Assembly (NCBI GenBank): GCA_963826115.1
Contig: CAWGVS010000005.1
Coordinates: 1,088,001 to 1,152,000, forward strand
Direction of reading: 5' to 3'
Length of the DNA stretch: 64,000 nt
From: an uncultured Candidatus Rokubacteria bacterium
GTDB taxonomy: Bacteria > Methylomirabilota > Methylomirabilia > Rokubacteriales > DASRDR01
This document shows, in pieces, positions 38,735 to 48,876 of the stretch. Each line of letters starts with the position of its first letter. Positions within the stretch are counted from its first letter, which is position 1. The notes beneath the pieces are model-generated. The model saw only the letters and a program-made list of their open reading frames with translations. It was not told where the DNA came from and ran no database searches. Both the position numbers and the translations under genes were made by a program.

Positions 38735-38784
38735 GTAACTTTTTACATCGGGCCGGCGCGACCTCCGTGGTAACTCTTACATCG
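38735..38784. promoter_or_regulatory. Pair of putative enhancer (UAS) sites GTAA-N3/4-TTACATCG
   Basis: GTAACTTTTTACATCG at 38735 and GTAACTCTTACATCG at 38770; AT-rich dyads 110-160 bp upstream of a -24/-12 site. Confidence 0.65.
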
Positions 38785-38895
38785 CGTCAGGGCTTTGTCG
38801 CGCCCGGACGGGGCGGGCAGGATCCACGCGGCAATGCTCAAGTCGCCCATAGATGGCGCTGAGAGCGTCGCGGGCAGGCCTCCACGGGAGATACC

Positions 38896-38911
38896 CGGCA
38901 CGCCCTTTGCG
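38896..38911 (+). promoter_or_regulatory. Sigma54 -24/-12 promoter CGGCAC-N5-TTGCG
   Basis: Exact GG-N10-GC spacing upstream of the OmpA-family gene. Confidence 0.72.
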
Positions 38912-38974
38912 TGGGCAAAGGACGGACTGATCCGTCACATAGCGGGGACTGTCCCGCACAGAGGAGGAACTGGT

Positions 38975-39727
38975 ATGCGGATACGCTCGCTGGCCATCGT
39001 GGTGGCCTCCCTATCCCTCGTGACCGTGGGCTGCGCCACGAAGAGTTTCGTGCGCGAGGAAGTCTCCAAGAGCGAGGCGAAGGTCGGCGCGGACGTCGGT
39101 CGCGTCGACACCGCGCTCAACGAGGAGAAGGCGCGCACGACCGCGATGAATGAGGAGCTCGGCCAGACCAAGGTCGCGGTCGAGCAGGCCGACAAGAACG
39201 CGACCGAGGCGACGAACCTCGCCAAGACCGCCCAGGGCCGCGCCGACGAGGGTGTGACCAAGGCCACGGCGGCCCAGACCCGCGCGGACGAGGCCCACGC
39301 CGCCGCCGGTCAGGCCATGGCCAAGGCGGACGAGACGAACACGCGCCTCACGCGCCTCTGGGCGAACCGCAACAAGCGCGTGCCCGGCGACACCGTCGCC
39401 ATCCTCTTCCGGTTCGACAAGGCGGAGCTCGACGACCGCGGCCAGACCGCGCTCCTCGACGTCGCCAAGCAGCTCCAGGACAACCCGACCCTCGTGGTGG
39501 AGCTCGAGGGCTTCACGGACAGCGTGGGCGCCTCGCCCTACAACATCCAGCTGAGCCAGCGCCGGTCCGAGGCTGTGCGCCGCTTCCTCGTGGAGAAGGG
39601 CATCGAGCTGCACCGGATCCACTCGATCGGCCTCGGCGACATCCGGCCGACCGCGGACAACACCTCGCCGAAGGGTCGAGAGCAGAACCGCCGCGTGATG
39701 GTGAAGTTCTTCGCGCCGGCCGAGTAG
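38975..39727 (+). CDS. OmpA-family lipoprotein with alanine-rich coiled coil
   Basis: SD GAGGAGG, lipobox TVGC, FRFDKAEL, LEGFTD, LSQRRSEAV, NRRV. Confidence 0.92.
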   Translation: MRIRSLAIVVASLSLVTVGCATKSFVREEVSKSEAKVGADVGRVDTALNEEKARTTAMNEELGQTKVAVEQADKNATEATNLAKTAQGRADEGVTKATAAQTRADEAHAAAGQAMAKADETNTRLTRLWANRNKRVPGDTVAILFRFDKAELDDRGQTALLDVAKQLQDNPTLVVELEGFTDSVGASPYNIQLSQRRSEAVRRFLVEKGIELHRIHSIGLGDIRPTADNTSPKGREQNRRVMVKFFAPAE

Positions 39728-39745
39728 CGCCGGCTCGAGTCCGCG

Positions 39746-42451
39746 CTAGATCAGCGCGGACTCGAGCACGATCCCCCGGTCCAACACCCGGGCGGCGGCG
39801 CTGGCCGCGCTGGCGACGCCGCCCGGGACCTCCGGACCCTCCCCGATCTGACGCAAGAGGTCGATCAGCCGCCGCATCACGCGGATCAGGTCGCCCTCGT
39901 GCCCCCCGAAGGACTGGGCAACGATGCGCGCCCAGTCGTCGTCGCCCGACGCCCACCGGAAGACCGCGGCGACGAAGCCGCTCTGGACGCGCGCCGGCCG
40001 GTGCAGTCCGACCCGCCGCTGGACGGCCTGGATCGCCTCGGCGGCCTCCTCCATTTGCCGGACGCGGCGACGGAGCCGCGGTCGGTCGCGGAGGAGTCGG
40101 CGCGAAGGCCCGTCCTCGGCGGACCGCGCCTCCTCGATCAGGCAGGACACGAGCGCGGCCACCTCCGCCGGGGGTGCGTCGTCGAAGACGCCGCGGTGGA
40201 CGACCTCCGCGACCAGGAGCTCGTGGTCGTGCCGCAGCGAGGCCACCAGCTCGCCCTTCGGCCGGAGCACGCCCCCCTGGACCGCGTCGAAGGCGTCGAG
40301 CACCTCCAGCACTCGGCGGTACTCTTGCCAGATCGCGTCGCGGATCAACTCGAGCGCCGTACGCCGATGCTCGACGTGGCCCCGCGCCTTCTCGAGCGTC
40401 TTCCACGCCGCGTCGCACTGGGGTCGGGCCTCCCACGGGCAGGTGTGACACTCGATCCGCTCGAGCAGGTCCTCGGGGTCGCCCCGTCGCTCGCGATCGA
40501 CCAGCGCCTGGAGGTCGAGCTCGTTGAGCCGAGCGAGGAGCGGTCCCCCGTCGCGCGCCAGGACCTCCCGGAAGTCGCGGCCCCATCCCTTGTGGTGCGC
40601 AGACAGGTCCCGGACCGCGGGCGGCAGGAGCAGCGGCGGCGTCGCCCAGAAGACCCGCTTCACGTTGCCCGCCTTCGTCCGGACGAGCGACCCGTGCGGG
40701 AGGAGCGTGTCGAGGAGGACCCGGTGTCCGCGGAGCCGGTGGACCCCCACGACCACGCCGAGCCCACCGCCGCTGCCGCGCTGGCGCAGCAGGACCACGC
40801 GGCCCGGCTCGACGTCGTCGAGCGCCCGGGCCCGGGCCGGCCGCGAGCGCGTGCCGGCCGCCCGGCGCCGAGCCTCGACCTCCGCCCGTAGCTGCCGGTA
40901 GCGCCCGATGCGGTCGAAGTCGCCGCAGGGCGCCTCGTAGCGCTCGACCTCGGCCAGGGCCGCCTGTCCCTCCGCGACCTCGCGCTCGAGGTGCCGGATC
41001 CGCTGAAGGCTCTGGTACTGCCCAAACGAGGACTCGACCACCCGCCGGATCGCGGTCTCGTCCCGGACCGTCTCCACCAGGAGGGCCACGGAACCGAAGC
41101 CCAGCCGAAACTGGCTCACGATCGGCTCGGGCGCCCCGTCCACCACCGAGAGCGTCTCCCGGAGACTGTCCCGGGCGTCGATGGCGATCACGCACTGGCC
41201 CTCGGGATCGATGCCGCGCCGGCCCGCCCGGCCCGCCATCTGGGTCAGCTCGTTCGTCGTCAGCGCCCGGAACCCGCGGTCGGTCCGCTTCGTGAGCCCC
41301 TGGAGGACGACGCTGCGCGCGGGCATGTGGATGCCGAGGCTCATGGTCTCCGTCGCGAAGACCACTCGAACCAGGCCTCGCTCGAACAGCACCTCGGTGA
41401 GACGCTTCAAGCTGGGAAGGATCCCCGCGTGGTGAAGCCCGACGCCGGACCGGAGCGCCTCGAAGATCGATTGGTTTAGCGGGGAGGCCGCGAGCGCAGG
41501 GCTCTCCTCGATCGCGTCGGCGATCGCCTGGTCGACCTCCTTGCGGCGCGACCGGTCGAGGAGCGAGCGCCCCTCTTCCAGGACTTCGTCCATCGCGCGC
41601 TCGCACCCGGCGCGGCTGAAAATGAAGTAGATCGCGGGGAGCCAGCTACGCGTCTCGAGCTCCTCGAGAACGGCGGGGACGGCCGCGACGCGGCGGGCGT
41701 AGAAGCGTCCGCGTCCCTCGTCGCCACCGCCCTCGACCCCCACCAGCGTCGCCCGACCCGCGCGGACCGCATCGAGCGTGTGGAAGCCCGCGGCCAGGTC
41801 GGCGACGTGGTACCGGAGTGGCACGGGCCGGTGCGGGTGGACGATGGCCTCGATGGGCCGGTGGACCAGCCCGATCCAGTCGGCGATCTCGCGCACATTC
41901 GCGACGGTGGCGGACAGCGCCACCAGCGTCACGTCCTTGGGCGCGTTGACGATGATCTCCTCCCAGACCGTGCCGCGGCTCTCGTCGCCCATGTAGTGGC
42001 ACTCGTCGAGCACCACGTGCCGCAGCCCCTCGAGGGTGCCCGTGTAGAACATGTTCCGCAGGATCTCCGTCGTCATGACCAGGACCGAGGCCCGCGGGTT
42101 GACCTTCACGTCGCCCGTCAGAATGCCCACCTCGGCCACACCGAACTGCCGGCAGAAGTCCGCGTACTTCTGGTTGGAGAGCGCCTTCAGCGGGGTGGTG
42201 TAGGCGACCCGTCGCTTGGTCGCGAGCGCCGCGTGGATGGCGAACTCCGCCACCAGCGTCTTCCCCGAGCCGGTCGGCGCGGACACGATGACCGAGGACC
42301 CCTCCAGGATGGCGAGGATCGCCCGGACCTGGAAGTCGTCAAAGGGGAACGTGTACCGGCGCGCGAACGCCCGGAAAAGGTCGACGGCGTCCTCGGAGAT
42401 GCGGCCGGCATCGAGGGCTGCCTGGATCGCCGCGGGGGGCTGGTAGGACAA
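39746..42451 (-). CDS. Ski2/HelY-like DEAD/DEAH RNA helicase
   Basis: APTGSGKT, PLKALSNQK, DECH, LSAT, QMAGRAGRRG, DSHCT-like EGDLIR; probable TTG start at 42451. Confidence 0.9.
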   Translation of the reverse strand: MSYQPPAAIQAALDAGRISEDAVDLFRAFARRYTFPFDDFQVRAILAILEGSSVIVSAPTGSGKTLVAEFAIHAALATKRRVAYTTPLKALSNQKYADFCRQFGVAEVGILTGDVKVNPRASVLVMTTEILRNMFYTGTLEGLRHVVLDECHYMGDESRGTVWEEIIVNAPKDVTLVALSATVANVREIADWIGLVHRPIEAIVHPHRPVPLRYHVADLAAGFHTLDAVRAGRATLVGVEGGGDEGRGRFYARRVAAVPAVLEELETRSWLPAIYFIFSRAGCERAMDEVLEEGRSLLDRSRRKEVDQAIADAIEESPALAASPLNQSIFEALRSGVGLHHAGILPSLKRLTEVLFERGLVRVVFATETMSLGIHMPARSVVLQGLTKRTDRGFRALTTNELTQMAGRAGRRGIDPEGQCVIAIDARDSLRETLSVVDGAPEPIVSQFRLGFGSVALLVETVRDETAIRRVVESSFGQYQSLQRIRHLEREVAEGQAALAEVERYEAPCGDFDRIGRYRQLRAEVEARRRAAGTRSRPARARALDDVEPGRVVLLRQRGSGGGLGVVVGVHRLRGHRVLLDTLLPHGSLVRTKAGNVKRVFWATPPLLLPPAVRDLSAHHKGWGRDFREVLARDGGPLLARLNELDLQALVDRERRGDPEDLLERIECHTCPWEARPQCDAAWKTLEKARGHVEHRRTALELIRDAIWQEYRRVLEVLDAFDAVQGGVLRPKGELVASLRHDHELLVAEVVHRGVFDDAPPAEVAALVSCLIEEARSAEDGPSRRLLRDRPRLRRRVRQMEEAAEAIQAVQRRVGLHRPARVQSGFVAAVFRWASGDDDWARIVAQSFGGHEGDLIRVMRRLIDLLRQIGEGPEVPGGVASAASAAARVLDRGIVLESALI

Positions 42452-42494
42452 CGCGCGGGCTCCCCTCCCGCCGCGCATTGTACACTGAGGCGTG

Positions 42495-42932
42495 ATGCCG
42501 AGTGTCCGGGCCGCGGCGCGCGCAGCCGTCTCGTGGCTGGGACCGGTCCTCCTGGTCCTCGTCGCGGTCGTCGCTGCCGACGCCACGCACCTACCCGATC
42601 ACCGCTTCCTGGTGCTCGGCTTCGTGACGGACGCCGAGGGGCGTCCCGTCTCCGGCGCCCCCGTGGTGGTGACCCGGCTCAAGACCGGGCTCGAGTACCC
42701 GACGAAGACCGAGCGGGACGGCTTCTACCTGGTCGTGCTGCACGTGCACGACGAGGACCAGGGCGAGCGCCTCGGCCTCGACGCGAAGGGCGTGAAGGGC
42801 GAGCTCCGCGCGGTGTTCGACGTCCGCGAGAAGAAGGTCGAGCGGGGCACGCGGGTGGACGTCCGCGCCAACCGCGTCGTCGAGAACCGCTCGGCCTTTG
42901 CCGAGACGCTCCGCGCCTACCTGGCCCGGTAG
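42495..42932 (+). CDS. Secreted protein with carboxypeptidase-regulatory-like beta domain
   Basis: Signal peptide; GFVTDAEGRPVSGAPV, TERDGFY. Confidence 0.75.
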   Translation: MPSVRAAARAAVSWLGPVLLVLVAVVAADATHLPDHRFLVLGFVTDAEGRPVSGAPVVVTRLKTGLEYPTKTERDGFYLVVLHVHDEDQGERLGLDAKGVKGELRAVFDVREKKVERGTRVDVRANRVVENRSAFAETLRAYLAR

Positions 42933-43029
42933 CGGTCGGGACGCGAGGGGCGATGCCTTGTGAGCTCCGCGGTCCGTACGGTGTGATGTAATGAGCCAAA
43001 GCCAGAGCCGCCGACGAGGAGGTGTCGTG

Positions 43030-43275
43030 ATGAAGGCATACGTGCTCGTCGAGACCAATGCCGGCAAGACGAAGTCGGTCAAGCGGGTACTGGGGAAGCT
43101 CAAGCCCGGCAAGTGCCGGATCGCATCGCTCGACGCGGTGACGGGACCGTTCGATTACATCGCCGTCGTGGAGGGCCCCTCGCTCGACGACATCGGCCAG
43201 CTCGTGACCGAGGGGATCGGCGCGATCGACGGCGTCACGCGCACGACGACCTGCCTCGCGGTGTCGATCGGATGA
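43030..43275 (+). CDS. Stand-alone Lrp/AsnC ligand-binding domain protein
   Basis: KAYVLVET, VTGPFDYIAVVE, IDGVTRTTT; SD GAGGAGGT. Confidence 0.85.
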   Translation: MKAYVLVETNAGKTKSVKRVLGKLKPGKCRIASLDAVTGPFDYIAVVEGPSLDDIGQLVTEGIGAIDGVTRTTTCLAVSIG

Positions 43276-43688
43276 GCCGCCGTCCGTCCCGTCCGGCCCT
43301 CGGCGCGCTCGTGGCGTGCGCCCTGCTCGCCGGCGCCGGGGCATGGGCCCAGGCCCCGCAGGCGCCGAAGCCGCAGTACCTCCCCTTCGCGGAGTTCGTG
43401 TCGAGCGACACCACCGCCCAGGTCTCCGTCAAGCAGGGCTACAACGACGCGGTCGAGCGCTACAACAAGGGGCTCTACGACTACCACGTGACGCTCGGCC
43501 AGCACGACCAGCTCGTCGACGCGTACAACAAGGGCGGGACCCCCGCCGAGCAGGAGAAGGCCCGCGCCGACGCGGTGGTCCTCCGGGCCAAGCTCGAGAC
43601 GCTGCGTCGCGACGTCACGGCGCTGGCGGGAGCCGTCGACCAGGCGCGGCGGAAGGCCATCCAGGCTGGGGTCACCCTGACCCGCTGA
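43272..43688 (+). CDS. Secreted coiled-coil hypothetical protein
   Basis: ATGA overlap, signal peptide ending AWA-Q, genome-typical codons. Confidence 0.7.
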   Translation: MSRRPSRPALGALVACALLAGAGAWAQAPQAPKPQYLPFAEFVSSDTTAQVSVKQGYNDAVERYNKGLYDYHVTLGQHDQLVDAYNKGGTPAEQEKARADAVVLRAKLETLRRDVTALAGAVDQARRKAIQAGVTLTR

Positions 43689-43805
43689 GTCCGTGGCCGG
43701 CGGACCCCGCCAACTCCGCCGAATCCGGCCGGGAACCGCGCCCTTGGCCAGTTTCGTGACACTTTCTGCGCGGTTATCCCGCGCCCCGTGGTATTATTCA
43801 CCCCA

Positions 43806-44756
43806 ATGCCGTCGAAGGGTCCGGCCTCTGTCCTGGTGTACCACCCGGACGAGGCCCAAGCCTACGCGCGGCTCGTCCGGGCCCCTCGCGGGCAGATCCG
43901 GCTCCGCGTGGCCGCCACCCCAGAGGCGGCGATGCCCTTCGTGGAGGAAATGGACGTCCTCTACACGTGGGGCTTCCCCGCCGAGCTTCTCCCGATGGCC
44001 CGGCGGCTCCGCTGGGTCCAGGTCATGGGCGCCGGGGTCAACGCGTTCCTGGACGTCCCCTTCCCGCCCAAGGTCGTGCTCACCCGTGTCGAGGGAGTGT
44101 TCGGCCCCTGGATGGCGGAGTACGTCTTCGGCTGGCTCCTGTGGGCCTCCCAGCGGACCGAGCTCATGCGGGGCGCGCAGCGACTCCGCCGGTGGGAGCC
44201 CCTCAACCCCTCCCTGCTGCGCGGCAAGACGCTGGGCATCGTGGGCGTGGGGTCCATCGGGCGCGTGATCGCCAACATCGGTCGCGCGTTCCAGATGCGG
44301 GTGCTCGGCCTGTCGCGGACCGGAAAGCGCATCGCGGAGTGCGACCGCGTCTACCGGCGCCCCGCCTTCCACGAGTTCCTGGCGGCGAGCGACTACGTCG
44401 TGCTGGTGGCGCCCCTCACCCCGGAGACCCGGGGCATGCTCGGCGAGCCGGAACTGCACACGATGCGGCCCGAGTCGTGGCTGGTGAACCTGGGTCGGGG
44501 CTCCCTCATCCAGGAGCCTGCCCTGATCCGCGCCCTTCAGGAGCGCTGGATCGCGGGCGCGGTCCTCGACGTCTTCTCCGAGGAGCCGCTGCCGACCGAG
44601 CATCCCTTCTGGGGCATGACGAACGTGGTCGTGACCCCGCACATCTCGGGGCCGAGCCTCCCGGAGGAGATTGCCCCGATCTTCAACGAGAACCTCAAGC
44701 GGTTCCTGACCGGCCGTCCGCTGCACGGCCGGGTCGACATCCGCCGCGGGTACTGA
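43806..44756 (+). CDS. D-2-hydroxyacid dehydrogenase (GhrA-like)
   Basis: GIVGVGSIG, VNLGRG, LDVFSEEPLP, VTPHISG. Confidence 0.93.
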   Translation: MPSKGPASVLVYHPDEAQAYARLVRAPRGQIRLRVAATPEAAMPFVEEMDVLYTWGFPAELLPMARRLRWVQVMGAGVNAFLDVPFPPKVVLTRVEGVFGPWMAEYVFGWLLWASQRTELMRGAQRLRRWEPLNPSLLRGKTLGIVGVGSIGRVIANIGRAFQMRVLGLSRTGKRIAECDRVYRRPAFHEFLAASDYVVLVAPLTPETRGMLGEPELHTMRPESWLVNLGRGSLIQEPALIRALQERWIAGAVLDVFSEEPLPTEHPFWGMTNVVVTPHISGPSLPEEIAPIFNENLKRFLTGRPLHGRVDIRRGY

Positions 44757-44783
44757 ACGCGGGAGCCCCCGGGGCCCCCGCGT
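44757..44783. terminator. GC hairpin between convergent genes
   Basis: acgcggg-a-gcccc...ggggc-cccgcgt inverted repeat. Confidence 0.45.
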
Positions 44784-44788
44784 CCGTC

Positions 44789-45313
44789 CTACCGCTTCGC
44801 GAGCGCCTGCACGATCTCCCGGCAGAACGCCGGCAGGTCGTCGGGCTTCCGCGAGGTGATCAGGTTACCGTCGACGACGACCTCCTGATCGACCCACGTC
44901 GCGCCCGCGTTGACCATGTCGTCCTTGATCGAGAAGAAGCTCGTGGCGCGCTTCCCCTTGAGAATGCCCGCCGACGCAGGCATCCAGCCGGCGTGGCAGA
45001 TGGCCGCGACCACCTTGCCCTCGGCGAACGCGTCGCGCACCAGCTTCACCATCGCGGGTGACCGGCGCATCAGGTCCGGGGCGAAACCGCCCGGGATGAC
45101 CACCGCGTCGTACTCCACGGCGTTCGCCTGCTCGGCGTAAACGTCGACGGTCACGGGATAGCCGTGCTTGGAGGCGTACGTCTTGGCGCCTCCGCTCCCG
45201 ACCACGTGGACCTCGGCCCCTTCCTCCTTCAGGCGGTAGTACGGCACCCAGAGCTCCATCTCCTGGTAGAGGTTCTCCGCCAGGATCGCGACCCGCTTGC
45301 CCCGTAGCTGCAT
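44789..45313 (-). CDS. PfpI/DJ-1 family protein
   Basis: YQEMELW, IPGGFAPD, AICHAG, ITSRKPDDLPAF. Confidence 0.93.
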   Translation of the reverse strand: MQLRGKRVAILAENLYQEMELWVPYYRLKEEGAEVHVVGSGGAKTYASKHGYPVTVDVYAEQANAVEYDAVVIPGGFAPDLMRRSPAMVKLVRDAFAEGKVVAAICHAGWMPASAGILKGKRATSFFSIKDDMVNAGATWVDQEVVVDGNLITSRKPDDLPAFCREIVQALAKR

Positions 45314-45434
45314 CGCTCCTCCTCGTGACGCGGGCGTCGCCCGCGCGTTCGTGTTCGGGGACAGGATACACGGCGGCCGGCGGTCCGGGGGGACCGGGCC
45401 GGTCAGAGCGCGGCGGAGACGGGCGGACGGGAGC

Positions 45435-45836
45435 CTAGCGGGACTGGAGCACGCCCAGGGCCTTGGCCACGACCGCCTCGAGGCGCTCGGGGTCCACCGG
45501 CTTCTGAGCGTAGTGCAGGATGCCGATCTGCCGGGCGCGCACCTCGAACTCGGGCCGGTAGTCGCCGGCCGTCATCAGGACCTTCACGCGCGGATCGATC
45601 TCCTTCAGGCGGGCGACGAGCGCGTGCCCCGACATGTCCCGGAGCGCCACGTCGACGATGGCCGCGCGGAGACGCCCGGCGTGGGCGAGGTCCAGCGCGT
45701 CCTGCCCCAGCGTGGTGTGGGCCGCGCGGAAGCCCCGCTGCGAGAAGTGGTCGGCCAGGACTCGCCCGGCCTCGTCGTCTGTGTCCACTACCAGGAGAAG
45801 CGCGTCGTCCCGTTCGGAGCTCTCTGGATACGCCAT
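45435..45836 (-). CDS. Single-domain response regulator
   Basis: LLVVD, AIVDVALRDMSG, KP; no output domain. Confidence 0.82.
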   Translation of the reverse strand: MAYPESSERDDALLLVVDTDDEAGRVLADHFSQRGFRAAHTTLGQDALDLAHAGRLRAAIVDVALRDMSGHALVARLKEIDPRVKVLMTAGDYRPEFEVRARQIGILHYAQKPVDPERLEAVVAKALGVLQSR

Positions 45837-45849
45837 GACCGGACGTCGG

Positions 45850-45865
45850 TGCAAGGCCGGTGCCA
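45850..45865 (-). promoter_or_regulatory. Consensus sigma54 promoter TGGCAC-N5-TTGCA
   Basis: Minus strand reads TGGCACCGGCCTTGCA. Confidence 0.85.
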
Positions 45866-46025
45866 CAGGAGGGCGTCTCGGGGCCCACAACCGTGGCCCA
45901 CCGTCAGGGGGGCAGAATCCGACACCTGGGACAGCGTCTGCCAACAAGCTCCAGCCTGGAGGCCTCTAGCCCTTCGAATCGGCCTTTCGAGGGCACCAGG
46001 CCATGTCACTTTGGCAGGATTCGGT

Positions 46026-47399
46026 TCAGTTGATCCCGTACTCCTTGAGTCGCCGGTAGAGCGTCCGGCTCGAGAGACCGAGCGCCCGTGCCGCTTTGGC
46101 ACGGTCGTTACCGTGAATGTCCAGGGCCCGCAGGATGAGATCCCGCTCGGCCTGCGCGAGCGTCGGGACTGCGCCGGTCGCGGCGCCCGCCGCCACGGGC
46201 ACCGGCGCCGCCGCCACGGGTGCGGCCGCTCCGCCCAGCGCCGGAAAGTCGGCCAGCCGGAGCTGCTCGCGCGCCCCCAGCGCGTACGCCCGCTCGATCA
46301 GATTCTCCAGCTCGCGCACGTTGCCCGGGAACTCGTAGGAGACCAGCGCCGACATCGCGTCGGGCGCGATGCCCTTGATCTCGCGGCTGAAGCGCTGGTT
46401 GAACTGCCGGACGAACGCGGTGACCAGGGCCGGGATGTCCGGCTTCCTGTCGCGGAGCGGCGGCACGTGGAGCCGGACGACGTTCAGGCGGTAAAACAGG
46501 TCCTGCCGGAGGCTTCCGTCCTTGATCGCGCTTTCGAGGTTCTTGTTCGTGGCAGCGATGACCCGGGTGTCCACCGAGTAGCTCCGCGTCGACCCGACCG
46601 GCCGCACTTCCTTCTCCTGGAGGACCCGGAGGAGCTTCACCTGGAGGGTCGTCGGCAGCTCCGCGACCTCGTCGAGGAAGATCGTGCCGCCGTGGGCGGA
46701 CCGGAACAGCCCGAGGGTGTCGGCCACCGCCCCCGAGAAGGCCCCCCGGACGTGGCCGAAGAACTCCGATTCCAGGAGGTCGGACGGCACCGCCCCGCAG
46801 TTCACGGTGATGAACGGCCCGCTGGCCCGCGCGGAGAGCCGGTGGATCGCCGCCGCCACGAGCTCCTTCCCCGTGCCGCTCTCACCCTCGATCAGGACCG
46901 GCGAGTCCGACGGGGCGACTCGCACGATCATCCCCTTCACCGCTTCCATGGCCGGGGAGACGCCGACCAGCTCGGTCATCCGGAGCTGCTCGCCCAGACG
47001 GCTCCGGAGGGCGTTCACCTCCTGGCGCAGCAGGCGGCGCTCCAGGATGTGGTCGAGGAGGTGCCGGAGCTCCTCGAGGACCAGCGGCTTCGTCAGGTAG
47101 TCGTACGCGCCGAGCTTCAGGGTCTCCACCGCGGTCGCCACGGTGGGGTCCCCGGTCATCATCAGGACCTCGATCGACGGGTCGTGCCGCTTGAGGTGCC
47201 GGAGGAGCTCCACCCCGTCCATCTCGGGCAGGTGGATGTCCACGACGGCGACCTCGAAGAGCTGGGTCTCGAGCAGCTCCACCGCGCGGGCGCCCGACGG
47301 CACCACCACCGTCTGGTAGCCCCAGCCGCCCAGCACCTCGGCGAGGAGCTCCCGCAGGGTGTCGTCGTCCTCCACCACCAGCAGGTGCAGGCGCTTCAT
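46026..47399 (-). CDS. Sigma54-dependent response regulator (AtoC/ZraR-like)
   Basis: REC domain, [17 protein letters not shown]. Confidence 0.94.
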   Translation of the reverse strand: MKRLHLLVVEDDDTLRELLAEVLGGWGYQTVVVPSGARAVELLETQLFEVAVVDIHLPEMDGVELLRHLKRHDPSIEVLMMTGDPTVATAVETLKLGAYDYLTKPLVLEELRHLLDHILERRLLRQEVNALRSRLGEQLRMTELVGVSPAMEAVKGMIVRVAPSDSPVLIEGESGTGKELVAAAIHRLSARASGPFITVNCGAVPSDLLESEFFGHVRGAFSGAVADTLGLFRSAHGGTIFLDEVAELPTTLQVKLLRVLQEKEVRPVGSTRSYSVDTRVIAATNKNLESAIKDGSLRQDLFYRLNVVRLHVPPLRDRKPDIPALVTAFVRQFNQRFSREIKGIAPDAMSALVSYEFPGNVRELENLIERAYALGAREQLRLADFPALGGAAAPVAAAPVPVAAGAATGAVPTLAQAERDLILRALDIHGNDRAKAARALGLSSRTLYRRLKEYGIN

Positions 47400-48151
47400 C
47401 AGGGCCTCGTCGGCTGCGCGGGCGGCAGCGTGAGCGCGAGCGTCCCGCCGTCTCGATCGACCCGGAGCCGGATGGCATCGCGGAGGTAGAGGTCCTGCAA
47501 GCGCTGGCGGAACGCCTCCACCGAGCCGACCCCGACGTCGTTGACCGCCAGGATCCGGTCGCCTGCGCGCAGCCCGCCCTGGGCGGCCGAACTCCGCTCG
47601 GCGACGCCCGCGACCGTGGGCGCCATCGAGCCCCGGGGCTCGGGCACACGCGGCGGGCCGCTACCCACCGGCAGATCCTCGCTCCCGTCGCGGACGTAGA
47701 AGCCGAACTCGAACGCGACCCGGTCGGCGATCACGTCCGCGGGCATCCGGCCGACCCGCACCTTCACCTCCTGGCGCTCGGTCTCCCGGAGGACCATGAC
47801 GCCGAGCTCTCGACCGGCGGGCGTGGCTCCGACGAGGCGCTGGAGGGCGCGTGTCTCGACGATCGGGCGCCCGTCGATCGCCACGACCAGATCACCCTCG
47901 CGGAGCCCCGAGGACTCCGCCGGGGCATCCTTCATGACCTGGGCGATGAGGACGCCGTAGCCCTCGCTCACCCCGACCTTCTTCGTGATCTCCTCCATCT
48001 CCTGCTCGGTCAGGTCGCGGATCCGGACGCCGAGCCAGCCCCACTGCTCGCCCGCCGCCACGCCGGTCGAGAGGAGCGCGAGCATGAGCGCCGCCATCGC
48101 GGTCACCCAGCCGGCCGAACGGCGACGCGAGCGTTCCGGCTCACGCGTCAT
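47399..48151 (-). CDS. Exported tandem-PDZ protein without a protease domain
   Basis: Signal peptide, [28 protein letters not shown]. Confidence 0.85.
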   Translation of the reverse strand: MTREPERSRRRSAGWVTAMAALMLALLSTGVAAGEQWGWLGVRIRDLTEQEMEEITKKVGVSEGYGVLIAQVMKDAPAESSGLREGDLVVAIDGRPIVETRALQRLVGATPAGRELGVMVLRETERQEVKVRVGRMPADVIADRVAFEFGFYVRDGSEDLPVGSGPPRVPEPRGSMAPTVAGVAERSSAAQGGLRAGDRILAVNDVGVGSVEAFRQRLQDLYLRDAIRLRVDRDGGTLALTLPPAQPTRP

Positions 48152-48812
48152 CCGACTCTTCCTCCTCGTCGTCGCCTTCCCGGCCCGCGACCATTGTCAG
48201 GAGCTCGCCCAGCGCCCCCACCGCGAGGTCCAGACGCTCGCTGAGGTCGGTCGCCTCGAGAAGGCGCTGCCGCACCTCCGAGTCCGGCACGACCGCCGCG
48301 ACGATCCGGTCGATCACGGCGCCCGGCGAGGCACCCGCGACCGTGAGTCGCCCGACGACGTCGGGATGCGACTGGCCGAGCGCCATGAGGAGCTGGGCGT
48401 GGGCCGTCCGGAGCTCCTGGAGCCGTCCCGGGAACGTCCGGTCGGCGGGGCTCGGCCCCTGATCCTCGATACGCTGCGCCCGTACCACCCGGTAGAGCCG
48501 GCCGTTCGGCGCCTCCTCCTCCAGGATGCGGATCCGCGCGCGACCGTCCAGCAGGATGTTGTAGCGGCCGTCGGCGAGCACCTCGGCCTGGATCACCTCG
48601 CCGGCTCCGGCGATCGCGTGCACCGGCGGCCGACCCTGGTAATCCTTTTCCCATCCGGGCTGCAGCATCACCACGCCCAGCCAGCCGTCGCCGTCCAGGC
48701 AATCCTTGATCATCTGGCGGTAGCGGGGCTCGAACACGTGGAGCGGCAGAATGGTCTCCGGAAAGAACACGACCTCGGGCAGCGGGAAGATGGGGACGCG
48801 AAGCTCGCGCAC
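48141..48812 (-). CDS. LON substrate-binding domain protein
   Basis: PIFPLPEVVFFP, PLHVFEPRYRQM, DGRYNI. Confidence 0.9.
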   Translation of the reverse strand: MRELRVPIFPLPEVVFFPETILPLHVFEPRYRQMIKDCLDGDGWLGVVMLQPGWEKDYQGRPPVHAIAGAGEVIQAEVLADGRYNILLDGRARIRILEEEAPNGRLYRVVRAQRIEDQGPSPADRTFPGRLQELRTAHAQLLMALGQSHPDVVGRLTVAGASPGAVIDRIVAAVVPDSEVRQRLLEATDLSERLDLAVGALGELLTMVAGREGDDEEEESDDA

Positions 48813-48876
48813 GGCGGCACGCTTTACGCGGGAGCGTCCCGGCCCGGAATGGTCCTCCGCTCCGCAGCCCCCGGCA

